From assembly GCA_964035545.1 (NCBI GenBank), contig OZ037767.1, positions 22,212,628 to 22,276,627 of the forward strand: DNA of 64,000 nt, read 5' to 3'. The position numbers and the translations under genes were made by a program. This DNA comes from Bugula neritina. Taxonomy: Eukaryota > Animalia > Bryozoa. The notes under the pieces are model-generated. The model was not told the DNA's origin. It made no database searches and saw only the letters and a program-made list of their open reading frames with translations. Shown piece after piece: positions 1 to 13,800 of this stretch. How positions within the stretch are numbered: the stretch's first letter is position 1; the number at the start of each line of letters is the position of its first letter.

Positions 1-282
1 ATCATGATGGTACTATCAGTATCAAAGATAGCACTTTTTTAAAAAGTAAAATAAAAGTCACAATTCCACATGAGTGGATGGGATAATATTTTTAAGACTT
101 TTAAAACTCTCAATTGAGGAGATTTACTTGCTAAAATAGAAACCTTCCAATTTTTGTTCAATAAATTTCAATCAGGAATCTTACTGCATTTAATTTGTTG
201 ACACTTTTTCAAGTAATGGATAAAGGCTGAAAGCCTGCTCCTTGCTGACATGTGTGTTTACATTTAAGAAGTGCTTACAAAG

Positions 283-3200
283 ATGAATCACCCTATGCCA
301 ATGGCTATGGGCCAGCAACCTGTTCAAAGTCATCAACAGCAATTTGTTCTGATAAATGCTCCTCCTTCTAACTTCGGAACTATCCCTAAAGTGAAATACT
401 CTGCTAAAAGTCTCCCAATAGTAAAATGGTAAGCTGAAATTGATGGTAGACTTTATGTTAGTTCAGCCCTCTGCTTATCGGTAACAGCAAAGCTTTTAAA
501 TACTGACTACTTATACACTATGGCGTAGTTATAGTGTAGCTGTAGTGTAGATGTAGTTTAGCTATAGTGTAGATGTAGTGTATCTCTCTAACTGTAAAAC
601 TCATGAGTAACTTTGCAAATTTAAACCATTAACTACTGCAAAGTTATCTTGCAAAACTTCTCAGCTCACTACAGAAATTTATTAATAACTGGAGATCATT
701 TGATATACTAGCCAGTCGCAGCACTGTATTCATTCTTTTTTAGCCAGTGATTTGATAAAAAAATGGTTAAAAAGAAACAAGGGAAAAGCAGCACATGCTA
801 ATTTTACTCAAATCAAAAGCATCACTGTTACAGATTATTACGGCTGATAGATAGTACCAATAAAAATCATGACAGCATTTTGTATGATAGTTGAAATTAC
901 TATTTCATCAAATCTATATTTTTATGCATAACTTCAAGTTAGCCTAGCCTATTTATATCTTGGTGTAATAATAAATGTTTTATAGATGTTAGAAATATAG
1001 CATATGCAGCAATAAAAATGCTCAGCACTAATTGCGGCAGCTGATGTTGTAATAGGACTGACAGGCACATGGTTAAAACATTATAGTCACATTATTTATT
1101 AATGCCGTAGCCTATAATATTTACATTTATATGATATTTTATGTTTAATTCATTTATTTATACTTTATATTGGATTTGTTTGACCAGGATGTCAGTGGTA
1201 TAAGCCTAGCAATGTTATTTTACAGTCATTTGTCTTTTGCTTCCCAACTCTTATAACTCACACGTTACTCTAATATTCAACATTGCAATATGGGCTCAAA
1301 ACCATGTTTTCACCACACAACATAAGAACCCTAAATGTGAATAGTTAGTATAGAACAGTTGTGACTACAGGTATTCGCGAGTGATATGTTTTACTTTTAG
1401 CAGTTACAATATCATTTGTAGGCTGACCATCACACAGCTGGTACTAGCATGTATTATCTTTGTACTGCATGCTGCCACCACTGCTATGAACGATCATTTT
1501 AACGCTGTGTTTGCGCCTATTAAGGATCAGCTAGATTACTTCTATGCATTGAGTTTCAGTGATGATGCAGCCACTGGGATTTGGGTTGGTATTGTGGTAA
1601 GTATTGAATCCAGTTGTAGAAGTATGTTGGAGGAGCTGCGTAAGCCAGGGTAGTAGCAACCAGCCACCAAATCCACCAAATAAATTTATATCATAGTTGC
1701 CACTGCCTATTAAACAACACATAACCACAAAATGCTATAATATGATCACCTACTTCTTTTTTCAAAACTCTCTATGGAAAGATTTATTTGCGAACTATCG
1801 AAATACTGCTGCGCATGAGTACTTGGTATAATATATCTCCTGGAAGATAATTTATAAAAATATGTCAAGTTTTTAAAGCAGTAAACTCACATGTTAGTGT
1901 CATCCAAGGAAACTTGTGTAAGCTTTTGACTCCTTCATGCTCAACTTATTACATGACTCATTATTTTAGTCTATGAGTCATGCTTGGGCCATACAGTTTT
2001 TACAATTTGTTACCAAAGTTGAAATACAGTGCATGCGGTTAGAAATGATATGAAATCTTAGGTCTTGAGTTGAGGATTTCTTTCTGTTTTTAGTATTTTG
2101 TAAAACAATACTCAATGAGATTTCTCATTTTTTCCCAGTCATCTGGGATGTTAGTTTAGTTAGGCTCTGTTGTCATCCAGGTAATTGTTGTAATCAGAGA
2201 GAAAGTAATAAAAATATGGTTGTCTTTCTCTAGATGATTGTGGCTGCTATTATCGGGATTCAAGCTTACAAGACGCAAAGAAAAGGGCTGGTGAGAAATT
2301 TAGCTACATTTAGTGTGTATCTGACCACCTTTAATCAATTTCATTCAATTCCACTTTGCAATGGTGTTTTTTATTTTTATTAGATGGAAATAAATTGGCT
2401 TTTCAAATTTAATTTAGCTTTGAACTTCTAGAAGTTAGATTTGATAGTTCTCTCTCTTTTTCTGGAACAAAAATATTTTGGGATAAACATGCTTTTACAA
2501 CTTAAAAACTAGGGGTTACCTGGGAGTGATTTACTTGGCATAGAGCCTATGGAAAAGTTGACTTTCACCTGTTATCAAGTCAAGCCTGCTTTCCATGTTT
2601 TGTTCTTGACTCATAGAGTTTTTCAGTAGCAGTCGCTTGTAAATAAACAACTCATAAAGTGCAAGTCGATATGCCGTGACACTTATACATGTTCCTTAAC
2701 TTTCAGTCTAAGTTCATGTCTTGTTTGTATTGGTTCCAAATTTCTTCTCTACATTGTAGATTATCACCCACACTGTTTTCAACGTATTTCTATTGATATT
2801 TTTCTTGGCACTAATTGGTACAGTATCTACTACCGTGGGAAAATTGAACAATTGTCGAGACTTTGGTGAATATTACAGCTTTATGTGAGTGTTTCACAGA
2901 TGTTTATTTGCTTAAAAGTAGTTTGTCACTTTGAAAATAATATCATCTTTGCCTGGTTTAGCTACCAAATTGCCTAAATAATGGTTGTCTAACGTTTTAG
3001 CTACTACTTTTAACTTTATCTTTACTGGAAAATTAACACTCACCAACGTCTTGCAGGTTAAATAGTATATAAGTTTATATAATTAGTTTAGTTCATATTC
3101 AGGTATTACGGAGGCTACTACTCTACCACCTCTAAACCCTTCTACCTCTTTGGGGAGAGACTTTCATCTTCTAGCGGGCGTTTCTACTGTACCCATGTAA

Positions 3201-5183
3201 GTCTTTAGAGGTACTTCCTTGAAGACTTTATACCTCAACACTAAAAACTGTGCTGGTGCATGTAAAGTGTAAACCAGTCACGGCAACGCTTTTAATGATT
3301 CATGACCATTTCCTGGTTGTTATTGCATCATCAATTAGCTTTTTGAGTTGTTCAATAAAGCAATAAATATGAAGATAACAAACTGTTAACAGAAAAGACG
3401 GAAATAGAAATGAGAGAAATAATAATGGTTGATGAGCTGATATTGGTTTTAGAATTTTGTTTGAATGTTGTTAATTCTCAAAAACTTCAAACTTGTTTTC
3501 CAAAACAATAGATGCTGATTTGAAGACCTCTGAATTCGTTTATCCATCATATTGACTTGTCAGAATCATATAGTTGCATGTTAGCTTAAGCTCCATCTGA
3601 TCATTTCATGACCTAATAGACGAGTATGCTTCCTTTAGCTCCGCTGATTTTAACCTCTACAGTAGCCACGCTGTTAGGGTTAAGCTGATGATATAACTTA
3701 GTGCTAGTTAACTGGAAAGCTGTGTGGACAAGTGCTCAAGTAATTTACTGAATAATGAAGTGTTTTATCAACTCGTGTTAACGTGAAGTGAAGCACTTGA
3801 TACTGTGTAGAGATAAAATATTCTCTGAGTAGATAATAGTTTATGTTTTATTGGTATGAAGCTTGAAATGATGTCAATACTTTTTACTCAAAGTTATGCC
3901 TTTGTTGTACAGGATACTATCTATATACAGGCCTTTCTAGCTGCTCATCTAGTTTTGCAAGTTAGAGTTGTCTTTGCTATATTGTATATATGTAGTAATT
4001 CATACAATTTAACTTTTTATGTTGGCATTTCCAGGTGATGTTCACCGTTTGGTTGGTTTTTGACGGCATTATTCTGGCCTGTGCAGTTCTGTCCTTCATC
4101 CTGACAATCACATTGTTAGTGTACAACTGCATAGCAGCGTGTACTTGCTGCTACAGCTGTTGTGGAAGCTGCTGTATATGCTGTGATGGTACAGCAATGG
4201 ACTCTGTAAGTATATTACTAGTCTCTATTCAACATACAAATCCCGCTGATGACATCACAATGTTTAGTTTTCCCAAAATTATTCACAGAATGGTTTTGTA
4301 ATCTTAAATTATAAGTATGAAGTATATTGCAAAACGAATAACTAGATTGTAATCAATTTATAAAGCAATAATACTATTGCAGCTGTGTTACTCTCCTAGT
4401 AATAATTTTATATGAATTGTTAATGAAACAAATGTTAAAACAGACTAGCCAGCGTTCCAGTTTCGATAAAGTTTGGGAGTGATCTTCCTTCCAGCTTTTA
4501 CGGGGAATACCCATGTATATGCCCACACTTTGTTACCACTGAGAGAGCTTTGTATGACAGAAGTACCATGTAGCATAACTGACTGGCTTTTATAACCACA
4601 CTCTGTAACCACACTCTGCAACCACACTCTGCAACCACACTCTGTAACCACACTCTGCAACCACGCTGTGTAACCACACTGTGTAACCACACTCTGTAAC
4701 CACACTCTGTAACCACACTCTGTAACCACACTCTATAACCACACTCTGTAACTACACTCTGTAACCATGCGTACTCATTAAATTTAGAATCTTTTTCATT
4801 TTTATTTAATATCACAAACCTTTGGTTAACTATATTTTAATTATTGTGTCTTCTGAAGCTCTCTCAGTTACCATATTCCAACTTTACAGAATAGGATGGG
4901 TGTCTCGTACTCTGCCCAGCCTCCAGTGCACTCTATGCCGCACACAGGTATGAGTGGACAACTTCCACCCTATGGTCAGCATGGCACAGTACCGATGTAT
5001 CCTCAATATGGAGCTCCAGGGGTGATGCCGGGAAGCAATCAGTATGCTGCTGCCGTGCAACCTGGTGATGTCAGAGTTCATGAAGCTACACCCTTGCCAG
5101 CTGTTGCAACTCCGTCCAATCAAGGTCAAGGTGCTGATACTAAATATACATCTCAATACTTGTTGGTTGATGCTGTGAGCTAA
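283..5183 (+). CDS. MS4A/CD20-like four-transmembrane protein (7 exons, ~353 aa)
   Basis: Phase-consistent GT-AG exons 283-428, 1422-1596, 2234-2290, 2760-2884, 3103-3196, 4035-4205, 4890-5183 (1062 nt). Four hydrophobic segments including the MS4A-type TM2 (ATGIWVGIVMIVAAIIGI), a Cys cluster after TM4, and Pro/Gln-rich N- and C-tails. Confidence 0.8.
4593..4767. repeat. 13-bp minisatellite (CTCTGTAACCACA)n, ~13 copies, intronic
   Basis: Directly visible tandem array; explains the spurious ORFs 4445-4729 and 4498-4815. Confidence 0.95.
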
Positions 5184-7184
5184 AGTTAATGTATTTGACT
5201 AGTGGTATGGTGATAGTGTAAAGTATTCTAACCTTGGTAGGCTTCTTAGATAAAGGTCACCTGATATTAGAAAATTAATATGTAGCTTTAAGTTTCATTG
5301 CGAGCTACAGAATTCATTCCTATCTCTCATTCAGTATCAATACTTACATTATTTTTTCTCATAAAAATTGTCGTCTGTTGACCATTTCTTTAGAGTCTAG
5401 AGTCTTGTGAAGAATATTTCATCTCTGCTCTGAATATTAGTGATACAGTAGTTGTATGTATGTCAAGTGCTACTTTATATCTGAAGAGGTCCTTGTTTTC
5501 TGTAGAGGATAAGTCCAGAGATCTCCCCCCAGAGTATACGGAGGTCAACTCTTAGAATCAGCAGATGCGCAGATTCCCACCACCACATGACTTTTATACT
5601 TACTTCTGGGAATAATTCCTTTATCACTGTTTGCTGACAATCTAATACAGTATATACAGTAACATGTGAGCAATCCACTGCTTCCTCAATATTATTATAT
5701 TTTTCTATTAGTATGTATTCCAGTTTTTTATCTTGATCTAACTTCTATTTCTCATAGCAATGTTGTGTAGTTGGTGTTATAATAGAGAAGTTGCAGGCTG
5801 ATTAGGGGAAGACAAATCTGTATTACGCAAAAAGTTTTATGGAAATTTATTAGCTAAACAGAAGTTATTGTCAACAGAGAGATGGTATGACGCATATAGT
5901 CTCAGCATTCAAAATATTATTAAAAAATCATCACAAAGTAATCGTGATGACTCGCAACTCCTTCAGTTCATAACGAAAATATGAATTGAAACAGCTATAC
6001 TTGCTGATTTACCAAATAAATTATGTAATGAGTTAATTTAGCTATCAAATGTCAATGTTACTTGTGTTTTCCCTGTCCACTGAATTAAGTAAATTAACTG
6101 TTGGGTTTTTAAGATATTCGGCAAGTATGGTAAAATAGCGTTCTGTAATGAACATCATGCTCTTAGTGTTTGAATACATAAAGAGGTCATTGGCATTACA
6201 TGTTTCAGTTTAGTAGGTGCCAAATTTTGTGACTACTGCCGGCTTGCAACATCTCTATTATTTTATTGATGTTTAATTTTATTTCATACAAAAAATGTAT
6301 TTTTGTGCAGTTTTATTTATGATGTCCTGTTCTAAGCGAATGCTTTGCCTCAAATTTATTTCTGTTTTAAATATTTTTGTTTTACTCATTTTCTAAAATC
6401 TAATTATTTTTTAGTTTTCTGTTCAGAAAAAAGTTTTTCTAAGTTATAATTACAATACAAGTGTATATCTTCTGTATCAGTTATGTAACAGTTGAGGGCA
6501 CAGAGTGGAATTCTAGACTCAAATATTTGCAAAAAATTATTATCATTTGTATTATTAATATGAGAAAGAATAGAGCTCTTTTTATAAAACATAGCATATC
6601 CGACAGTTATTAATTACATTATTTACAATTTGTTTGACAGACAAGCCTTCTTACTATAAAGCTGTAACTTGCCACTCTGCAGTTCACATTTCAGAGATAT
6701 TTTTACTGCCTTCAAAAACTAGAATAATATCTTGGTTTCTGCAATTTTAATTAATATTGTTGAAAAATATTACTTAACAATAACCGAGTAACATAATTAT
6801 AATTGTAAAGAAACAGTAACTAATATATTTATTTTCTGACTACTGGACAACTACACAGAAACTTGTGGTGAAATATATTGTCTTGAAATGGTGACTTGTT
6901 AACAAAGCATCACAACGTCAAACGGCCGACTCTGTATAGCTACTTGTGATATTTTATTTTAGGCCTGCTTGACGAATTGCGGGCAATTGACTCAATTATT
7001 ATCTTACCTCATTTATTATTACTGTACAATCATTGAAATATTATAAGATAATCATCACATGGTAGTGAAGGGGGTTGTCATCCTATTGGCTGAAACTTGA
7101 ATGTTGGATAAAACTAGATTTTATAGTGGCAATATAAGAAAGTAAGTGCTAAATAAATGAACAGTGAGCTATCAGCACAAATAT

Positions 7185-7537
7185 TGTAGTGAGTAGTGCA
7201 AAGTACAAATACGGGAATCGCCCTCTCTCTACTCTTGGAATACTAAGACCCGTATGTAGCAACCAATTAGCAGCTCCGGAAGATATGCTTCCGATTCACG
7301 TGACACTTCCCGGGTTATTAACAATTTATCACGTTGTTGTAAGCGGAGGCTTGAAGGAGAAACATGTATTAGTAGTTGACTGATGTATAGGATAATTTGA
7401 TGTGATGTTTGTTTTATGCTTTATTGTGGATAATAAATATAATTACTCGACAGCTACCCTAGTAATTACTAGCAGAATACCCAACTAACTATACGCAAGT
7501 AGATAACTCACGCACAGTAATTGCACGAATTACTACA
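7185..7537. mobile_element. Solo LTR (353 bp), probably Gypsy-type
   Basis: TGTAGT...ACTACA inverted termini, ATAT 4-bp direct repeats at 7181-7184 and 7538-7541, internal AATAAA near 7432, more CpG than the flanks. Confidence 0.7.
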
Positions 7538-8149
7538 ATATCGACATATAACAACCTGTGTGTTAAGCTATGTAGTTGAAACACAACTGTTGTGTGCTTA
7601 GTTTGCATATTAGTGTTGCGTAGTTAAGTTGAGCTACATTGTGATGATAACTCCTATTGGTTTATTTTCTTGCATTTATGTTTGGCTGAAATATATCCCA
7701 AGTTATTTTGCAGCTACTGCATTTTTTTGATGAGCTGCTATAAATATGTTTTTAAATCTCCAAGACACTAAGAAATAAAGTGATGATTTTATTATGCTAA
7801 TTTAATTATATCAACGTTTTAACTTGCATTGAAGGAAAACCAATCAAGCTGCTATACCAAATGTAGAAAATATATTACAATATTGTTTTATTCAATAACT
7901 ATAGTTTATTTTAACAAATTTTGTTTTACTATATATGTTATATCATAGCAAACGAACGGAACTTCACCCAAATATCATTGATACATACTATCCAAGTTAC
8001 TACTAAGTTAGTTCCAATTTAGCTCTAGAACTCATAGATAACTGCATAATAATAAATAATTTATATATACATTTATACATATGTGTAATTACAGTGATAA
8101 ACAATTGCTATATGTACATTTAAAAGAAGATAGTAATAACAGTTATGTT

Positions 8150-9093
8150 TCAGTATAAAAAATACTGGCCACTTTTTGCTGTAAAACAAGATTTAACAGC
8201 TTTTAGCCATTTTGTGTTTAATTTGACTTTGAAGCAACAGATGGATTGTTTATAGGAGGTAGATTTAGTGTCACTGTCACTACTATTCCTAATTTTTCTT
8301 CTGATGCTACGAAGTACATTGTAGAATGTAGATTTCAAAGTTGCCTTCTTGATACTGATTGGGGAGACAACTTCATCATCATGTTCTTCTTCAATATCAT
8401 CTAATGTTATCTCATAGTCTATCACTTTCTCAAACACACATACTCCATCATCTAACCCATCTCTCCCAATAGCACTCTTTACTTGTTTAATGAATATCTC
8501 CATCTCTATAACTTCATTTGGATTTCTAAAAATATGTTTTACTGATCATCACACCAGTCTTCAGGCATATAGTGAAATTCATCTTTGCAATGCATAATTC
8601 AGATTTAAATATCCACATTAACTACATTATAAACATTATTTAAACTTAAGCAATACTATCATCACTATAACAAAGGTCAATTAAAATTTTGAACAAATGT
8701 GCCCAATTGGAATTGTATTCTCTGCTACATGTCTTCTACTCAGGTATGCAATGCATTGCGTCATCCATTATGAATAGCGTTATGTTCCAACTAGTAACTT
8801 TTGAAGTATAATATTTTAAACATTTTCACCCAGGGGAGGGAAGAACTTAAGTCTATTTCTACATCAATAATTTTCTATAAATAAGTACTATGATTGCTGA
8901 CTATCCTAATATTAATATCAATTATAAACATAGAAGAAAACTTGTTAGTAAGCTGTAAGCTTTCTACTGTAAGTCTGTAAATAAATGACAAGTAAACTTA
9001 CTCAGTAGGAGTGTAGGTTGGAGCTAAGACATTCTCCTTTATATCAGTAATCAGAGATGCATAATCAGAACATGAATACTTTCTAGTATGCAT
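8150..9093 (-). CDS. Two-exon hypothetical protein (~155 aa), acidic middle and basic C-terminus
   Basis: Exon 9093-9002 (MHTRKYSCSDY..., GTAAG donor) joins in phase to exon 8525-8150 (TTTTTAG acceptor), which contains the 117-aa ORF. No family recognised. Confidence 0.55.
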
Positions 9094-9465
9094 ATTATCG
9101 TAATGCTATAAGAGTAGATGTAGGAATGGTATATGAGGCAGTATAACAAGCAGCTTGCTTCAATGAGATACAGATACAGAGTGAAGTTTTATTCATTTTG
9201 ATTGTTGAACTGGTCGTGAGACACAATGTAATGGATATTATTTAAATGTTGTTATTGTTGACATCATGCTCCGGAATTATTAGTAAATTTATAGCATGCA
9301 TAACTGTAAAGAAGTTAAATTATATTTCAATAAATTTTCATGATAAAACTAAGAGTTACTCAAAATGTTGAAAAAGCTGCTATTGAATTTTTGTTGTTGT
9401 ACTTATACTTATGGTGAGTACTGAATGAAGTGTGAATTATGATGATGTACTGTGTGGCACATACA

Positions 9466-9503
<38 letters not shown>

Positions 9504-10883
9504 ATCAGGAGGAGACATCTAAAGTTTAGTGATCCACCTCTCACAAAACGACCTATACAAGAAGGGGTGTGCTATCGTGTACTGTACTAATGTATGCATG
9601 GCATTATATAATGCTTCAAAATGCCCATGTCTTTTGGTCTCATAGAATAGAGCTGCTTTAATCTTGATCTCAATAAATAGGCTTGCATTAGTCTCAATCT
9701 GAGTGGATGGGGTTGCATTATTCTTGTTGTGAGCCAATGAGGCTGCACTAGTCTTGATCCGAGTGATGCGGGTTCGATACAGTTTGCATAGTTACCTCGG
9801 TTAGGTTAGCAGTGTACAGTGGCCCGTTATCTACTAGTAGATGGTGGCCCTAGGAAAGAAAACTCCAGGATAGCAAGCTTGCAAGGAGCACAATGCTGCT
9901 GGGCACAGAAATACAGATGTTGGTTCAACTTTATAATCATTGTTTAGGCATTTGAAATGCTACATTTAATGGGCAGACAATGTTCCCAACCACAAAACTT
10001 GCAGTAGAACTAAAGCTAAGCAATTATCTCGTACAGGAGACCCATAGAACTTACATTACACATGTAACCAAATAGGTGCTCTAAGTACAGCTAGCTTTCC
10101 AATTTAGGGTTGTTCTGAATAATCAAGTAGGTCCTGTAGGAGTTTAACTCTAAAAGACATGGATGCTGTTTTATATAGCAATCTACACAACCAAAAATAT
10201 TATCAAGAGGTAACTGCAACTTGGGGCAGTCACTTAAAAACAAGCCTGCTACATTGTGAAAACTTATGCAAACATTAATTTTATTTTGTTTTTAATGTTT
10301 CTTTATATAAGATGAGTTTAAGATATGTTTGGTGCTATTATAAATGTTATTTTAATTTTGAAGCTATTTATATGTTTTTAGTCTTAGTAAATTGGTGTAT
10401 ACATGTACACAAAATTAGGTGTGATTTTTACCAAATAGTGATATTATATTCCATAGCTTTTTGTGCTGTTATTTAAGAAAGACTAGTAATCAATTTTGGT
10501 TATATTAATTTAATAAAGTTTCAGCCCTTTCTACAAGGCGTCTTAAATGCTATTAGTTTTTCTTACAGCAATAAAAAATATTTTTTTAAACATCATGATA
10601 TTTATTGTTCAACAAATTTTATTGTGCATAGAAAGTTTTCAATTAAATAAATGGTATTCACAGCAGCGAAATTTACAAGTCATGTAATAAGTAAATTTAG
10701 TATGGAAATTTACTTCTTAAATTCATATACAGCTTCTTCCTATTTAAAATGCAGTATATTCACAATTTATTTAAATCAGGTAAATTTTTTGGGTTAACGT
10801 TGTAAGCTATTATAGTATTATTTATTTTGATTGTCTTTTGTTTCATCTATTTTACTCTGTCTAATTTCACGCTTTACATCTTT

Positions 10884-13800
10884 TCATTCATTCAACTTTT
10901 CTTTGTCTAACCGTTCTTTTTCCAACCGTTCCCTTTCTAATCTTTGTGATTCTAACTTTTCCTTCTCAAGCTGTTCTTTTTCTAACTTTTCCTTTTCCAA
11001 TCTTTCTGCTTCTAACTTCTCTCTTTCAAGTCTTTCTTTTTCTAATCTTTCCTTTTCCAATCTTTCTTTTTCTAATCTTTGTGCTTCCAACTTTTCTTTT
11101 TCAAGTCTCTCTTTTTCTAACTTTTCCTTTTCCAATCTTTTTGCTTCTAACTTTTCTCTTTCAAGTTTTTCTTTTTCCAACCTTTCCTTTTCTAATCTTT
11201 GTGCTTCTAACTTTTCTTTTTCAAGTCTTTCTTTTTCAAGTCTTTCTTTTTCAAGTCTTTCTTTTTCTAACCCTTCCTTTTCTAATCTTTGTGCTTCTAA
11301 CTTTTCTTTTTCAAGTCTTTCTTTTTCAAGTCTTTCTTTTTCTAACCTTTCCTTTTCTAATCTTTGTGCTTCTAACTTTTCTTTTTCAAGTCTTTCTTTT
11401 TCAAGTCTTTCTTTCTCAAGTCTTTCTTTTTCAAGTCTTTCTTTTTCAAGTCTTTCTTTTTCTAACCTTTCCTTTTCTAATCTTTGTGCTTCTAACTTTT
11501 CTTTTTCAAGTCTTTCTTTTTCAAGTTTTTCTTTTTTAAGTCTTTCTTTCTCAAGTCTTTCTTTTTCAAGTCTTTCTTTTTCAAGTCTTTCTTTTTCAAG
11601 TCTTTCTTTCTCAAGTCTTTCTTTTTCAAGTCTTTCTTTCTCAAGTCTTTCTTTTTTGAGTCTCTCTTTTTCTAACCTTTCCCTTTCCAATCTTTCTTTT
11701 TCTAATCTTTGTGCTTCTAACTTTTCTTTTTCAACTCTCTCTTTTTCTAACCTTTCTTTTTCCAATCTTTCTTTCTCTTGGTAAATCAAGGCCTATAATG
11801 ATCAAAAATAGTTGTTTTACTAGCAATCTATATAAAAACTTTCAATGGCATGCATTATTTCAGGGTTCCTTAAGAAAATTTTTTGGCCAGGTATTACTTT
11901 ATTTAAATTACATCCATAAAAAACTTATGAAATCTATCACTGCAGATTTTAACTTATTTATTTTATTACAATTTGATTCCTACAATAAGGTGACCCTACA
12001 GATATATTAAAATACTATTTGCTTTTAGTCTTGCTAATTGAAGTATTTCTTGATTCCAGTGCTCAAAGAGCCCATGACTTAAATTGACTAGCTGTACTTA
12101 TTTATGAGCTGAAGAGCTGGATGGTGTAACAAAGTTAGGCTGACAAAAAATCACAATATTCCTACTCGACAGACAAAAACCACTAACATAAAACAATCAA
12201 TTTTGTTTACCACTATAGTAGTTCTATTTTTGCATTTATTAGCTTGGGTTTGAAACCCTAAACCACTTTATTTGTAGCTTGACTGCAAAGTTATAAAAAA
12301 TTTTTGAGTTGTAAACTTTTCCTGAGCAACATGAATCTTGTTTAGCCATGTTTTCCGTTGTAGTATCATTGTTGAACTTGTTTTGTAACTTCTAGTGCTT
12401 TCACACATATTGAAAAAAATTGAACAAGCAACCAATGTGTTTCATTGTTTTTAACTAAGAATAATTATGCCATATTATAACTATTGCAATTTTCAGTTTC
12501 TTAGTTTTTGTGAGAAGCATATATTTGACTGGTTTCCTGTTTAAATATTTCAATGATGACAAGTTTTTGAAAAAATCATAGATTAAAATATATTATATCA
12601 TATCTTTGCTACGGTTTACCTTTTTATTATTGCTACAATGATTTTCACACTACTAATATTGTATGATTATCATATTTCATATTAATTTTCATAATTTATC
12701 CACTAGATAAATACAGCTTAGTTCAATAGATATACTAGTAACTGCTCAACGAATTTTGTCAAAATAGTGCAGTTGCTGTAGCAAGTATTGCCTTGCACAA
12801 AATATAATAATATATTATGTAAAATCAAGTTTGTAGTCTTACTTATTTCTTTCCTTTTATATTAAGACTTTACTTCAAATAATGCCACTTTAAGCCAGCT
12901 CAATAAATGTTTACTTTGCCAGATACATCAACGGACATCTAATCTATTAGCGCAGTTGAAATACTTAAACTGAGTTTAGACTATGTAGAGTATGAAAAAG
13001 TGCACTTCATGTTTAGATTTCCAGACTATTTGCTCTTATCATAGCAGATAACTCCTACCTCATCTATGAAATCATCACAACTCTTCCTGTCACAATATGG
13101 TTCATCCAGATTTCCCAATATTCCACCATTTTCAACTAAAATATCCATAAAACTATGCAAACAAAATCAAATCGACCCCCAGTTTATATTACTAGTAATA
13201 AGTAATAAATAATACAAATGCTGTATACAGAATGTATGAGTTAAATTATTATATCAAATGAGCACATGATTGTTATATACTTGGTTAGGTTACTCTCAGC
13301 ATGCCATCACCACCAGCTAGAGTTGTGAAAAAAAACTTTTATTTACTTAGCTTTTTTCTGTAGTATAGGCGGTTTATAAGGCCTTTTATGGAAAAGTGTT
13401 CACTTTAAACTATGATGCATTATCAAATTAACCCTGTAGGGCAACATATGGAATGGGACTTTGTATAGCTAACCCTAATATGAAATATTCACACATGTAT
13501 AGACTGAAATCTACTTAAATTATCTTAACAATGTTACAACAAGTAAATAACAACATTGCATCTCCCAACAATAACAATATCTTTGTAACAGTTTTAACTA
13601 AGCTACAACTGATTACAACAAAATTTTTGGAGTTGTCATTTCTTGTATAATATATATATACAGGGATGTAGTGGCAAAAATATTCTTGGCCATACTCTCA
13701 GGCCGGGGGTCCAGGGGGCCGCCCAGGCCCCCGGCGGGGTCCAGGGGCAGCGCCCCGGCCGCCAAAGCCCTCAGAGCACTTCTGATGCAAATTTATGCAA

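Noticed and set aside
4445-4815. Repetitive Cys/Trp ORFs (VVTECGYRVWLQS)
   Set aside because: Translations of an intronic 13-bp minisatellite.
10831-11784. 317-aa Ser/Phe-rich and 197-aa Phe-rich plus-strand ORFs
   Set aside because: Antisense shadows of the EKERL coding repeat; the minus frame has the splice acceptor and paralogous upstream exons.
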